Below are positions 29,401 through 40,783 of a DNA stretch of 64,000 nt, in pieces (position 1 is the first letter of the stretch; each line of letters opens with the position of its first letter). Under the pieces are notes generated by a model that saw nothing but the letters and a program-made list of their open reading frames with translations, did no database searches and was not told the origin of the DNA. Position numbers and translations under genes: made by a program. This DNA is from an uncultured delta proteobacterium (GTDB lineage Bacteria > Desulfobacterota > Binatia > DP-6): the NCBI GenBank assembly GCA_963815115.1, contig CAWFFN010000009.1, forward strand, positions 1,408,001-1,472,000. The letters are read 5' to 3'.

Positions 29401-30622
29401 GCGGGTAGTCGCGGTGCTCGCCCTGTGCACCCTCGCCGCGCTCGGTGCCGTCTGGTGGCACTGGCACGGGCCCGCGGGAGAGCCGCTCCCGCCGTCCCAC
29501 GGCGCGGCGGCGAAGAAACGGAAGTACCAGTGCGCGATGCACCCGCAGATCGTCTCCGACGCACCGGGGACCTGCCCCATCTGCGGGATGAAGCTCCAGC
29601 CGGTCGAGGACGAGCCGACGGCCGGATCGCGGGCCGATCGCAGGATCGCCTTCTATCGCCATCCCATGCGCCCCGACGTCACCTCGCCGACGCCAGCCAA
29701 GGACGAGATGGGCATGGCCTACACGCCGGTCTACGAGGACGAGCTGTCGGGCGGTGGGGGCGGCGGCGTCCCCGGGCACGCGCCGTTCGCGCTCTCGACG
29801 GCGCGCCAGCAGCTGATCGGCGTGCGGCGCGCGAAGGTCGAGTACCGCTCCCTCGCGATCGCGATCCGGGCGATCGGGACCGTCGCCTACGACCCGGGCC
29901 TGTACCAGGCCGTGGTCGAGTACCGGCAAGCGGTGCGGGCGAGGGAGCAGCTCGCACAGAGCACGTTGCCCGAGGCGCTGTCGGGTGCCGACGGGCTGGT
30001 GCGCGCCGCCGCCATCAAGCTCCGGCAGAAGGGCGTCCCCGAGGGGCAGCTCGCCGCCGTCGCCCGGGGCGGGGGCGACCCGACCAACCTGCTGCTGCCC
30101 GGCAAGAACGTCTGGGTGTACGCCCAGGTCTACGAGTACGAGCTCGGGCTGGTGCGCGTCGGGCAGCCCGTTGCGATCACCGCCCCCTCGCTACCCGGCC
30201 GCCGCTTCACCGCCCGCATCGCGGCCATCGATCCGATCCTCGACCCGGCGACCCGCACGGCCCGCGTACGTGTGCTGGTGGCGACCCCGCAGGCCGATCT
30301 GCGCCCGGAGAGCTTCGTCGACGTCACCATCGAGGTGCCGCTGGGCAACCGGCTCGCCGTGCCCGAAGACGCGGTGCTCGACACCGGGACGCGCCGTATC
30401 GTCTTCGTGGTGCATGGCGAGGGCGAGTTCGAACCGCGCGCCGTGGAGCTCGGCCGCGACGCCCAGGGTTTCTACGAGGTGCTGTCCGGCCTCAGCGCAG
30501 GCGAGGAGGTCGTCGTGGCGGCGAACTTCCTGATCGACTCGGAGTCGCGCTTCCGGGCCGCGCTGCGCTCGTTCGACGGCGGCGCGGGCACGGGGCCGCG
30601 GCGGCACGAGGCGCCCCGATGA
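29393..30622 (+). CDS. cusB: CusB-like periplasmic adaptor with heavy-metal-binding domains
   Basis: YQCAMHP...CPICGMKL, YRHPM...DEMGM, ANFLIDSES. Confidence 0.85.
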   Translation: MGRRVVAVLALCTLAALGAVWWHWHGPAGEPLPPSHGAAAKKRKYQCAMHPQIVSDAPGTCPICGMKLQPVEDEPTAGSRADRRIAFYRHPMRPDVTSPTPAKDEMGMAYTPVYEDELSGGGGGGVPGHAPFALSTARQQLIGVRRAKVEYRSLAIAIRAIGTVAYDPGLYQAVVEYRQAVRAREQLAQSTLPEALSGADGLVRAAAIKLRQKGVPEGQLAAVARGGGDPTNLLLPGKNVWVYAQVYEYELGLVRVGQPVAITAPSLPGRRFTARIAAIDPILDPATRTARVRVLVATPQADLRPESFVDVTIEVPLGNRLAVPEDAVLDTGTRRIVFVVHGEGEFEPRAVELGRDAQGFYEVLSGLSAGEEVVVAANFLIDSESRFRAALRSFDGGAGTGPRRHEAPR

Positions 30623-33600
30623 TCGAGCGAGTCATCGAGTTCAGCGCGAAGAACCGCGTCCTCGTGCTGCTGCTCACCGGCGCCGCGCTCCTCGGCGCCC
30701 TGTGGTGCATCCGGAGCATCCCGCTGGACGCCATCCCCGACCTCTCCGACACCCAGGTGATCGTCTTCTCGCGCTGGGACCGCAGCCCCGACGTCATCGA
30801 GGACCAGGTCACCTATCCGATCGTCACGGCGCTGCTGGGCGCGCCCAAGGTGAAGACGATCCGTGCCTTCTCCGATTTCGGCTACAGCTACGTCTACGTC
30901 ATCTTCCAGGACGGCACCGACCTCTACTGGGCGCGCTCGCGCGTCCTCGAATACCTGAGCAAGATTCAAGCGCGCCTGCCGCAGGGGGTGGAGACCGAGC
31001 TCGGCCCCGATGCCACCAGCGTCGGCTGGGTGTACCAGTACGCGCTGGTCGACCGGACGGGCCAGCACGACCTGGCGAGTCTCCGCAGCCTCCAGGACTG
31101 GTACCTGCGCTACCACCTGCAGTCGGTGCCGGGCGTGGCCGAGGTGGCGGCCGTGGGCGGCTTCGTCAAGCAGTATCAGGTCACCGTCGACCCGAACCGA
31201 CTGCTCGCCTACGGCATCCCGCTGCCGCAGGTGATCGACGCGGTCCGCAAGGGCAACGCCGAGACCGGCGGCCGCCTGCTCGAGTTCGCGGGCGCCGAGT
31301 ACATGGTGCGGGGGCGCGGCTACGTCACGTCGGCCGACGACATCGAGCGCATCGTCGTCAAGAGCGAGGCGGCGACCGGCACGCCGATCCTGGTGCGGCA
31401 GGTCGCCCAGGTCACGCTCGGTCCCGACATCCGCCGCGGGGTCGCCGACCTCGACGGCGAGGGCGACACGGTCGGCGGCATCGTCGTCATGCGGCAGGGC
31501 GAGAACGCGCTGGCGGTGATCGAGCGCGTGCGCGCACGGCTCGCCGAGCTCCGCCCCACGCTCCCGCCCGGGGTCGAGATCGTCACCACGTACGACCGCT
31601 CCGACCTGATCCACCGCGCCATCGACACCCTCCTGCACGCGCTGCGCGAGGGAATGGTGATCGTGAGCCTCGTCATCCTGGTCTTCCTGTGGCACGTGCC
31701 CTCGGCCATCATCCCCATCGTCACCATCCCGGTGTCGGTGCTGCTCGCGTTCATCCCGCTCTACCTGATGGGGGTGACCTCCAACGTCATGTCGCTGGCG
31801 GGCATCGCCATCTCGATCGGCGTGCTGGTGGATGGCGCCATCGTCGAGGTCGAGAACGCATACACGCGGCTGCACCAGTGGATCGCCGGCGGGCGGCAGG
31901 GCGACTTCCACGAGGTGCGTTTGGGGGCGCTCAAGGAGGTCGGGCCGTCGGTCTTCTTCTCGCTGCTCGTGATCTCGGTGGCATTCCTGCCGGTGTTCAC
32001 GCTGATCGACCAGGAGGGCCGGCTCTTCAAGCCCCTCGCCTACTCGAAGACCCTCACCATGGCGCTGGCGGCGGTGCTCGCCATCACTCTCGACCCGGCG
32101 CTGCGCATGCTCTTCACCCGCATGGACCCGTTCACGTTCCGTCCGCGCGCCCTGGCGCGGCTGATGACCACAGTGGCGGTCGGACGGTACTACGCCGAGG
32201 GGCGGCACCCGATCAGCCGCGTCCTGTTTGCGGTCTACGAGCCCGTGTGCCGGTTCGTGCTGCGCCACCGCGCCCTGACGCTCGGGGCGGCCCTGCTGCT
32301 CGTCGCCTCGACGGTGCCGGTCTTTCTCCGGCTCGGCTCCGAGTTCATGCCGCCGCTCAACGAGGGCGCCTTCCTCTACATGCCGACCGCGCTACCGGGC
32401 ATGTCGGTCACCGAAGCGCAGCGCATTCTCCAGGTCCAGGACAAGGTTCTCCGCGGGTTCCCGGAGGTGGAGCGCGTGTTCGGCAAGGCTGGCCGCGCGA
32501 CGACGCCGACCGACCCGGCGCCGTTCTCCATGGTGGAGACGACGGTCCTGCTCAAGCCGGAAGCCGAATGGCGCCCGGTGAAACGCTGGTACGCCGGCTA
32601 TCCGAAACCGCTGCGGTGGCTGTTCTCGATCGGCCTGCCCGAGCACGTGACCTTCGACGAGCTGCGCGACGAGATGGACGCGGCGCTGCGCTTCCCCGGG
32701 CATCCCGAACATCTGGACGATGCCGATCCGCAACCGCATCGACATGCTGTCGACGGGCGTGCGCACGCCGATCGGCATCAAGATACTCGGGCCGGACCTC
32801 GAGGTGGTGCAGCGTATCGGCGAGGACATCGAGCGCATCGTGCGCGACGTCCCGGGCACGCGCACGGTGCTCGCCGAGCGGACGGCGGGCGGCTACTACC
32901 TGGACTTCGTGCTCCGGCGCGACGCCCTGGCGCGCTACGGGCTGTCCGTCGAGGACGCCCAGACGATCGTCACGTCCGCGATCGGAGGCGAGACCGTCAC
33001 CACGACCGTCGAGGGCCGCGAGCGCTACGGCGTGAACGTGCGCTACGGGCGCGAGTTCCGTGACAACGTCGAAGCGCTCCGCCGCGTGCTGGTGCCGACG
33101 CCATCGGGCGCGCAGGTGCCGATGGCGCAGATCGCCGACATCCAGCTCCGCGAAGGACCGTCGATGATCCGCGACGAGAACGGGCAGCTCGCCGGCTACG
33201 TCTTCGTCGACATGACGGGGCGGGACGTCGGCGGATACGTCCAGGAGGCGAGGGCGCGCGTCGCCGCGCAGCTCGACCTGCCGACGGGCTACACGCTCGT
33301 GTGGAGCGGGCAGTACGAGAACCTGGCGCGCGTCCGCGAACGCCTCAAGGTGGTGATCCCGCTCACCCTCGCGCTGATCACGCTCCTGCTCTACCTGAAC
33401 ACCAAGTCGGGCGTGAAGACCGCGATCGTGCTTCTCGCGGTGCCGTTCTCGCTCATCGGCGCGGTCTGGCTGCTCTGGGGGCTCGGCTACAACCTGTCGA
33501 TCGCGGTCTGGGTGGGGATGATCGCGCTCATGGGGCTCGACGCCGAGACCGGGGTCTTCATGCTCCTCTTCCTCGATCTTTCATACGACGAGCGCGTGCG

Positions 33601-33913
33601 CGCCGGCCGCATGCGCACCGCGTCCGACCTCGAGGAGGCGATCGTGCACGGAGCCGTGAAGCGCGTGCGCCCGAAGCTGATGACCGTGGTGGCGGCGTTC
33701 ATGGGGCTGCTGCCCATCATGTGGTCCACGGGCGCCGGCGCCGACGTGATGAAGCGCATCGCGGCGCCGATGGTGGGTGGGCTCGCCACCAGCTTCCTGC
33801 TCGAGCTGCTCGTCTATCCGGTGCTGTACGCCATCTGGAAGTGGCGCTTCGTGATGCAGCGCGGGGCGCAAGTGCCGCCGCCACTGACGGCGTTGCGGAC
33901 GAACGCAGGATGA
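30619..33913 (+). CDS. cusA: CusA/CzcA heavy-metal RND permease; single frameshift near 32698
   Basis: PLDAIPDLSDTQV, GPDAT, Cu-binding Met triad equivalents (LYMP, FSMVET, IDMLSTG), RVRPKLMT. Confidence 0.9.
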
Positions 33914-33971
33914 GCACGACGATCGACGCAGGCAGAGCGGCGCATCCGGGGAACGGCACGGTGGGCACCAA

Positions 33972-34031
33972 TTGACGCCGGTTGCGCAGGTGTGTACAGA
34001 ACAGGCGGGACAGACGAGTTGTACAAGTCGT
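33972..34031 (+). promoter_or_regulatory. TA promoter with TGTACA operator palindromes
   Basis: TTGACG-N17-TACAGA; TGTACA at 33993-33998; near-perfect palindrome ACGAGTTGTACAAGTCGT at 34014-34031. Confidence 0.65.
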
Positions 34032-34060
34032 ACTAGACCGAACCGAGCCAAGAGGGCAGA

Positions 34061-34444
34061 ATGCAGCACGTCTCGACGAGCGAGGCCCGCAAGGACTTCG
34101 CGGAGATCATCAACAAGGTCGCGTACGGCAAGGAGCCGGTCATCATCGGCCGCCGGGGCAAGGAGCTGGCGGCGGTCATCCCAATGCGGGACCTCCGGCT
34201 GCTGGAACGGCTGATCGAGGAAGAAGAGGACCGGCTTGACGTCGCAGAGGCCTCCCGCATCGAGGCCGAGGAGCCCGAGTCGATCCCGTGGGATGAGGTA
34301 CGGCGTGACCTCCTCGAGGGAGCGACGCTCCCGGCACCGACGCGTAAGAGAACGGCCGCGTCGTACGGAACCAGGAATCCTGCGCGCGCCGCTACTCGCG
34401 CCATTCCGTCGAAGGCTCGCGACCGCAAGCGACGGGCTCGCTGA
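34061..34444 (+). CDS. Phd/YefM family antitoxin
   Basis: STSEARKDFAEII...VIIGRRGKELAAVI. Confidence 0.88.
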   Translation: MQHVSTSEARKDFAEIINKVAYGKEPVIIGRRGKELAAVIPMRDLRLLERLIEEEEDRLDVAEASRIEAEEPESIPWDEVRRDLLEGATLPAPTRKRTAASYGTRNPARAATRAIPSKARDRKRRAR

Positions 34445-34483
34445 CGCCCTCACCGTAGAAGCCGATACGGGCACCGCCCCGCC

Positions 34484-34765
34484 ATGACCTCCTCCCAGGC
34501 ACGGCGGTACCGCGTCGACATCAAGCCCAGCGCCCGGCGCGCCGCACAACGCCTTCCCGCGCGCGCGCGGGTCAGGCTGGTGGCCGCGATCGACGCGCTC
34601 GGGGACAATCCACGACCGGACGGCTGCAAGAAGGTCGCGGGGGTTGAGCATCTGTATCGTGCCCGCGTGGGGGACTACCGGATCGTGTACGAAGTGCACG
34701 ACGAGGTGCTGCACGTCTTGGTGATCCGGGTCGGCCACCGGAGTGACGTTTACCGAGGCCTGTAG
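34484..34765 (+). CDS. RelE/ParE family toxin
   Basis: [29 protein letters not shown]. Confidence 0.92.
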   Translation: MTSSQARRYRVDIKPSARRAAQRLPARARVRLVAAIDALGDNPRPDGCKKVAGVEHLYRARVGDYRIVYEVHDEVLHVLVIRVGHRSDVYRGL

Positions 34766-34836
34766 TTGCCTCCCTGTCCCCTTCATCCCATCGTCGCCAC
34801 CATGTGCCTCGTGCGACAGCAGGCAGGAACCACGTC

Positions 34837-35163
34837 ATGACCGTGGCACGCTCGGTGCTGCTCTTCGTCCTCGCGGGCCTGTGCGAGATCGGCGGTGGTT
34901 GGCTGGTGTGGCAATGGCTACGCGCCGGACGACCCGCGGGCTGGGGACTCGCCGGGGCCGCCGTGCTGGTGCTGTACGGCGTCATCCCCACGCTGCAGCC
35001 GGCCCCCTTCGGGCGCACCTACGCGACCTACGGCGGGTTCTTCATCGCGCTCTCGCTGCTCTGGGGCTGGGCGATGGACGGCACGCCTCCCGATGCGGCC
35101 GACGTCGTGGGGGCCACGATCGCGCTCGGCGGGGTGGCCCTGATGATGTACTGGCCGCGGTGA
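34837..35163 (+). CDS. ynfA: YnfA/UPF0060 small membrane protein
   Basis: [24 protein letters not shown]. Confidence 0.88.
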   Translation: MTVARSVLLFVLAGLCEIGGGWLVWQWLRAGRPAGWGLAGAAVLVLYGVIPTLQPAPFGRTYATYGGFFIALSLLWGWAMDGTPPDAADVVGATIALGGVALMMYWPR

Positions 35164-35187
35164 CTCTCTCGCGCTACAAGACCGCCC

Positions 35188-36573
35188 GTGGCCGGGATCA
35201 TCCGATACGGAACCTATGTCCCCTACTTCCGCCTGACGCGCGCCGCGATCGGCGCCGGCAAGGGTGAGCGTGCCGTCGCCAGCTACGACGAGGACGCGGT
35301 GTCGCTGGCGGTCGAGGCGGCACGCGACGCGGTCCGCGGCGGTGCGGCGCCCGACGCGCTGCTCTTCGCGACCCTCAGCCCGCCCTACGCCGAGAAGCTC
35401 AACGCGGCGACGATCCAGGCGGCGCTCGACCTGCCCGAGCAGATGGTCGCCGCCGATCTGGGTAGCTCGTCGCGTGCCGGGCTCAGCGGCCTGCTGCTCG
35501 GGCTCGACCTCGCGGCCGCGGGGCGGCGCGTGCTGGTCTGCGCCAGCGACGTCGTCATCGGCGCGCCGGGCGGGGCGCGCGAGACCCAGGGCGGCGACGC
35601 GGGGGTGGCGTTCGTCGCGGGCGGGGACGCCGAGGCCATCGCGCGGCTGGTCGGCCGCGCCTCGACGACGCTCGAGATCCTGGACGTCTGGCGGCTGCCC
35701 GAGGAGCGCTTCGGCCGCCAGTGGGAGGAGCGCTTCACGGCCGACACGATGGCGCCGGCGATCACCGACACGGCGACGCGCGCGCTGGCGAGCGCTGGCG
35801 TCGAGGCGGCGTCGCTCGCGACGGTCATCCTCGACGGGACCGGTCCGCGCAGCATGGCCGGGCTGCCGAAGGCGCTCGGGCTCCGGCCGGAGCAGGTTGC
35901 CGACCCGCTGTCGGCGAGCGTCGGGCGCGCGGGCGTCGCGCACGCCGGGCTTCTGCTGGCGCGTGCTCTCGACCAGGCGAAGCCCGGCGACCGTATCCTC
36001 GTCGTGGGCGCGGCGGATGGCGCCGATGCGCTCGTCTTCGAGGTCACGGGCGCGATCAAGGACGCGCGACCGGCCCGGACGGTCGATCGCTGGATCGCGT
36101 CGAAGCGCAACGACCTGGCCTACAACACCTACCTCAAGTGGCGCGGCATCCTGCCCTTCGAGCCGCCGCGCCGGCCCGACCCCGAGCGGCCCGCGGCGCC
36201 CCCGATGCGGCGTCACGAGCGCTGGAAGCTCGCCTTCGTCGGCTCGCGCTGCACGAAATGCCAGGCCGGACACCTCCCGCCGCAGCGCGTGTGCGTCAAG
36301 TGCGGAGCGGTGGACCAGATGCGTGACGAGCGCTTCGCCGACACGTCGTGCGCCGTGGCCACCTACACCCTCGACCATCTGGCGTACTCGCTCCAGCCGC
36401 CCGTGGTGGCCGCCTTCGTCGACTACGAGGGGGGCGGCCGCTTCTCGTGCGAGCTCACCGACGTCGATCCGAAGCGGGTGGCGATCGGGGATCGGCTCGA
36501 GATGACGTTCCGCCGGCTGTTCACCGCGCAGGGCGTGCACAACTACTTCTGGAAGGCGCGTCCGGGGCGCTGA
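35188..36573 (+). CDS. HMG-CoA-synthase-like thiolase-fold protein fused to a DUF35 Zn-ribbon/OB-fold domain
   Basis: DEDAVSLAVEAA; C-terminal CTKC...CVKC, MTFRRL...YFWKA. Confidence 0.88.
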   Translation: MAGIIRYGTYVPYFRLTRAAIGAGKGERAVASYDEDAVSLAVEAARDAVRGGAAPDALLFATLSPPYAEKLNAATIQAALDLPEQMVAADLGSSSRAGLSGLLLGLDLAAAGRRVLVCASDVVIGAPGGARETQGGDAGVAFVAGGDAEAIARLVGRASTTLEILDVWRLPEERFGRQWEERFTADTMAPAITDTATRALASAGVEAASLATVILDGTGPRSMAGLPKALGLRPEQVADPLSASVGRAGVAHAGLLLARALDQAKPGDRILVVGAADGADALVFEVTGAIKDARPARTVDRWIASKRNDLAYNTYLKWRGILPFEPPRRPDPERPAAPPMRRHERWKLAFVGSRCTKCQAGHLPPQRVCVKCGAVDQMRDERFADTSCAVATYTLDHLAYSLQPPVVAAFVDYEGGGRFSCELTDVDPKRVAIGDRLEMTFRRLFTAQGVHNYFWKARPGR

Positions 36574-36640
36574 GGCGGATCCGGGCGCGGCTGGTCGCCA
36601 CCGATCCGCATCCCTCAGGCCGGAACGGCCCTCGGCCGCC

Positions 36641-38401
36641 TCACCCGGCGACCTGTCGAGCCGCCCGCACGCGCTCGTAGATCGCTCGGAGACGTTCGTC
36701 CCGGTCGTGATCGGGATACATCGAGCTACAGCGGGCCGCGGTGGCCGTCGCGCTCGTGACGTCGTCGGCGAGTAGCAGCACCTCGACCAGGGTCGTACAA
36801 GCGGGCTGCAAGTCGGGATCGACCTGCAGCGCCCGCTCGAGGTGGCGCCGCGCCGCCTCGAGCTGCAACCGCCGCAGGGCGGTCACGCCGAGGCTGAGCT
36901 CGCGGTAGGGTGACCGGGGGCTCGCCACCAGCCGGTCGGGCAACCTCGCGGTCTCTCGCACGAGCAGCTGGGAGACGGAGTCCCGATAGAGCGAACGCCA
37001 GCGGCCGGTCCGCACGAGGTCCGTGAGGACGTCGCTCGACTGCCAGCGCGGCCACAGCACGAAATCCGCACCGCTGCCTTCGATGACGTCGATCCAGCCC
37101 GGCTTCCGATCGAGGACGGTCAGGTAGTCGACGTACGTATCGTCGCCGTATGCCGTCTCGGCGCGACCGTCGATGAACACCTTGAGCCGACCCTGGGTGC
37201 GCAGGTCCACGTAACCGCCCCATCGGTAGTAGGCGAAGACGTTTCCCGAGAGCCCGTTGGCGTCGATGAAATTCAGGGTCTCGACCGGAAACTCGTAGTC
37301 CGCCGTGAGGTAGTGGAACGCGGACGACGTCTTCGGATACGGCGCCAGCCAGACAACGGCCAGGACGAGCGCGCCCAGGGCCGGCACCAGCGCAGGGATC
37401 CGGGCGCGTCGGGAGACCCCGAGACGCGCCAGCGCGAGACCCAGCACGAGGGTCTCCGCCATTCCGAAGAGCGGCACGAAGCGGCGACTGCGCAGCGACA
37501 TCGCGAGAGCCATCGCGCCGATCACGATCGCCACCCAGGGAGCTGCCGAGCGGCGCAGCTCGGCATCCGCCGTCACGACCAGCGTCGCGGCGACGAATGC
37601 GCCGATCCCGTACGGGTAGAGCCACGATCGGAGCCCGCCCGGCTCGAACGGCGGCAACCATTCGGCGACCCGGTGGATGGGCGACGTCGGATCGAATGCG
37701 TGCTGGAACGCACGCTCGACGGCCGCGCCGCCGTGGGGATTGATCATCGTCACGGCGCAGCAGGCGGCCGCCAGGAGCAGCGCCCGCCGACGGTGCTCGC
37801 GCCGTCGAACGCTCGGGAACAGCACGACCGGCAGGGTGAGGAGACCCAGCACGAAGCTGGCGTGGAGGTTCGCCCAGATCAGGAAGACGATCGGAAGCCA
37901 CGGCCGCGGCTGCGGGCGGCCGAGGGTGGCGTCGAGGACGAGCGCCCAACCGAGGAGCGCATAGAGCTGCGGGCGCACGTCGAGGAATGGCGCCGCCACC
38001 GCCAGACCGAAGGTCGCGGCGGCCCAGCCGGCCAGGCGATCGCCGGAGAGGCGCACCAGGAGCCGGAACAGGATCAGCCACGCGGCGACGATCACGAGCC
38101 ACTTCCAGTATGCGAGGCTCTCCAATCCGAACGCGCGGGCCCAGAGATACAGCAGGACGTCCGCGAGCCACGAGTCGTTCAGCCAGTAGCGGCCGGCCGT
38201 CGTGTAGCTGAACGGATCCGGTGCCCGGACGGCCCCGTGCTCGACGATCCACCGCCCGCCCGCGATGTGCCACCACAGGTCCGCGCCCTGCAGGCCCGTG
38301 AAGCCGAACGACCAGAACGTGAGGCCCGCGGCGAGATACCACGTGGCCGCGGTCAGCCGGTCGGAATCGCGATGGCGCGACGTCTTCCCCGCGCTCGGCA
38401 C
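36641..38401 (-). CDS. Polytopic membrane protein, GT-C-like, with C-terminal TPR-like helices
   Basis: DLWWH, DPFSYT, RPQ, WANLH, EW, WGGY, FIDGR motifs; about 10 TM segments. Confidence 0.65.
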   Translation of the reverse strand: MPSAGKTSRHRDSDRLTAATWYLAAGLTFWSFGFTGLQGADLWWHIAGGRWIVEHGAVRAPDPFSYTTAGRYWLNDSWLADVLLYLWARAFGLESLAYWKWLVIVAAWLILFRLLVRLSGDRLAGWAAATFGLAVAAPFLDVRPQLYALLGWALVLDATLGRPQPRPWLPIVFLIWANLHASFVLGLLTLPVVLFPSVRRREHRRRALLLAAACCAVTMINPHGGAAVERAFQHAFDPTSPIHRVAEWLPPFEPGGLRSWLYPYGIGAFVAATLVVTADAELRRSAAPWVAIVIGAMALAMSLRSRRFVPLFGMAETLVLGLALARLGVSRRARIPALVPALGALVLAVVWLAPYPKTSSAFHYLTADYEFPVETLNFIDANGLSGNVFAYYRWGGYVDLRTQGRLKVFIDGRAETAYGDDTYVDYLTVLDRKPGWIDVIEGSGADFVLWPRWQSSDVLTDLVRTGRWRSLYRDSVSQLLVRETARLPDRLVASPRSPYRELSLGVTALRRLQLEAARRHLERALQVDPDLQPACTTLVEVLLLADDVTSATATAARCSSMYPDHDRDERLRAIYERVRAARQVAG

Positions 38402-38487
38402 CTCCCCGCCTCAACCGCCCGCCATCCGCGCATGCATGCCTCAGAGAAGCCGGCGGGGGTGGTGCAAGTCAATTCGCCGTCAGGACG

Positions 38488-39171
38488 TCAGCCGCGGCTC
38501 CCGTTGAGGCCCGGCTTCGCCTCCAGCGTGTGCCGGTCGATCCAGGTGTACTCCCTGCCGAGGGCCGCGGCCGTCGCCGCGGCGAGCCCCTCGTCGATCT
38601 CCGGGGGCAGGGCGGCGGCGTACATCACGGGCGACGGCTGCTCGTCGCCGATCTTCAGCTCGAGCCAGCCGACCTGCGCGCCGTCGCTCGATCGGAGGGC
38701 GGCGCGATACGTGCCGGAGAGCTCGTCGTCGTGCTCCACGCGGCGGGTGAGCTCCGCGCGCCCCCAGCGGGGCCGGCGCACGAAGACGTCGCTGCGGAGC
38801 GGCATCGAGCCCGCGGGCGCGATGACGAGACGGATCGCATCGTGGTCCCAGAACGGCTCGACGCGCCCGACGACCGGTGATTCCGGCGAGTCCGTGCTGC
38901 GAACGACCGCGCGCCCGGGACCCTCGAGCCAGATGCCCTCGCCGCGCGAGGGACCACGGTTCACGACCAGCTCGGGCACCGTGAAGGCGGGGAGCCACCG
39001 CGTCGACGTGACCAGCGCGGGCTGGTCGTCCCCGCGCATCTCATCGACCATGAGGCCGCCCCGGACGATGTGCGCGCCGAACGATGCTCCCGGCTCGACC
39101 GGAAGACGCTGATAGGGGCTGCATCCGGCCCCGAGAGCAAGCACCAGCCCGAGGACCCATGACCTGCGCAT
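38488..39171 (-). CDS. Lipoprotein of unknown function (paralog of 42295-43028)
   Basis: Lipobox GAGC; shared GRVEPxWD...IRL, GTYxAxL and VGWL motifs. Confidence 0.75.
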   Translation of the reverse strand: MRRSWVLGLVLALGAGCSPYQRLPVEPGASFGAHIVRGGLMVDEMRGDDQPALVTSTRWLPAFTVPELVVNRGPSRGEGIWLEGPGRAVVRSTDSPESPVVGRVEPFWDHDAIRLVIAPAGSMPLRSDVFVRRPRWGRAELTRRVEHDDELSGTYRAALRSSDGAQVGWLELKIGDEQPSPVMYAAALPPEIDEGLAAATAAALGREYTWIDRHTLEAKPGLNGSRG

Positions 39172-39185
39172 GTGGTGTCGTCGGG

Positions 39186-39277
39186 AGCATTTCGCGTGCC
39201 CGGCGCGACCATGGCTGGTTGGCAAGGGGTTCAACCGCGGGGTGTCCAGTTCTGGACCGCACCGTCGCATCCTGCGC
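39186..39277 (-). promoter_or_regulatory. Sigma-54 promoter plus tandem enhancer sites
   Basis: GGGCACGCGAAATGCT (GG-N10-GC, 39201-39186); sites GTCCAGTTCTGGAC 39244-39257 and GTCGCATCCTGCGC 39264-39277. Confidence 0.7.
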
Positions 39278-39450
39278 ACGGCGAGGACCGTCCTGCCGCG
39301 TGCCGGTAGATCGTGGTGACACCTCCTTCAGCTCCTCTCCGACGTCGACTGACTGCGCGAACGCGCCGTCCGCGCGGAGCCAGATGACCGCGGCTGCGGC
39401 CGCGGCGAGGCGGAACGCTGCGCGGAACCAGCGCGCGGCGCGCGACCACG

Positions 39451-40783
39451 TCACTGCGAGGTCGGATCGGAGAGCCAGCGGCTGAGCGTCTGGCGGGACA
39501 CGCCGAGCTTCTGCGCGGCGAGCGCCTTGTTGCCGTTGCAGAGGCCGACCACCCGCGTCACGTAGGCGAGCTCCAGCTCCTCCACGGTCATGATGCGATC
39601 GGCGCTCTGCGGCAGCTCCGTCAGCCCCGCGAGCGCCGCGCGCTCCACCTGGCCGAGGAGCTCGACACCGATCACGCTGCCGTCGGCCATCACCGCGGCC
39701 GAGGCCACGGCGGTCCTCAGCTCGCGCACGTTCCCCGGCCAGCGGTGGTTCCGCAGCAGGGCCTCGGCCTCGGGCGAGAACCCGTCCAGCGGCTTGCGGA
39801 ACTGCCGCGCGCACTCCTCGAGGAACGCGCGCGCCAGCAGGAGGACGTCGTCGCCGCGATCGCGCAGCGGCGGCAGCGTGATCGTCATCCCGGCGAGCCG
39901 GTAGTACAGGTCGCGGCGAAAGCCGGTGGCGCCTTCCAGCGACTGGTGGGTGGCGGCGACGACCCGGCAGTCGACGGTCAGGAGCCTCGTCCCGCCGACG
40001 CGGCGGAACTCGCGCGACTCGACGAAGCGAAGCAGCTTCGCCTGGGCGGAGCCCGGGAGATCACCGATCTCGTCCAGGAAGAGCGTGCCGCCGTCGGCCA
40101 GCTCGACGAGGCCGCGCTTCTGCTCGCGCGCGTCGGAGAAGGCGCCGCGCTCGTGACCGAAGAGCTCGCTCTCCACGAGGGATTCGGGGATGGCCGAGCA
40201 GTTGAGCTCGATGAACGGTCCCTTCGCGCGTTGCGAGCGACGGTGGAGGAAGCGGGCCGCGAGCTCCTTCCCGGTGCCGGTCTCGCCCTGGATGAGGACG
40301 ACCGGCATCGGCTGGGCCGCCACCCGCTCCAGCCGCTCCATGGCGGCGCGCATGGCGGGGCTGTCGTAAAGCAGGTCGGCGCGCTGGCCGCTCAGGTAGG
40401 CGACCTGGCGCTCGAGCTGCTCGGTGTGCAGCGCGTTCTTGACCGAGGCGAGGACCTCCTCGACGTCGAACGGCTTGCGGATGAAGTCGAAGGCGCCCAG
40501 CCGCAGCGCGCTCACCGCGCTGTCGACGTCGCCGTGGGCCGTGATGACGATGGCCTTCGGCATCGGGACGCGCTCGCGCGCGGCGCGCAGCACGTCGAGG
40601 CCGTCCATGTCGCCCAGGCGCAGGTCGATCAGCACGCAGTCCGGCGTCTCCTGGGCGAGCCCGGCGAGCGCGTCGGCGCCGCTGGCGGCCGACTGGACGT
40701 CGTAGCCGGCACCCTCCAGCGCCATGCGTGAGCGAGCGCCGGATGAGGCCCTCGTCGTCGACGATGAGGACGGACTGCCGCAC
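39451..40783 (-). CDS. Sigma-54-dependent response regulator (REC-AAA+-Fis HTH); frameshift near 40727
   Basis: VLIVDDE, GETGTGKE, ESELFGHERGAFSDA, LFLDEIG, WPGNVREL. Confidence 0.92.
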
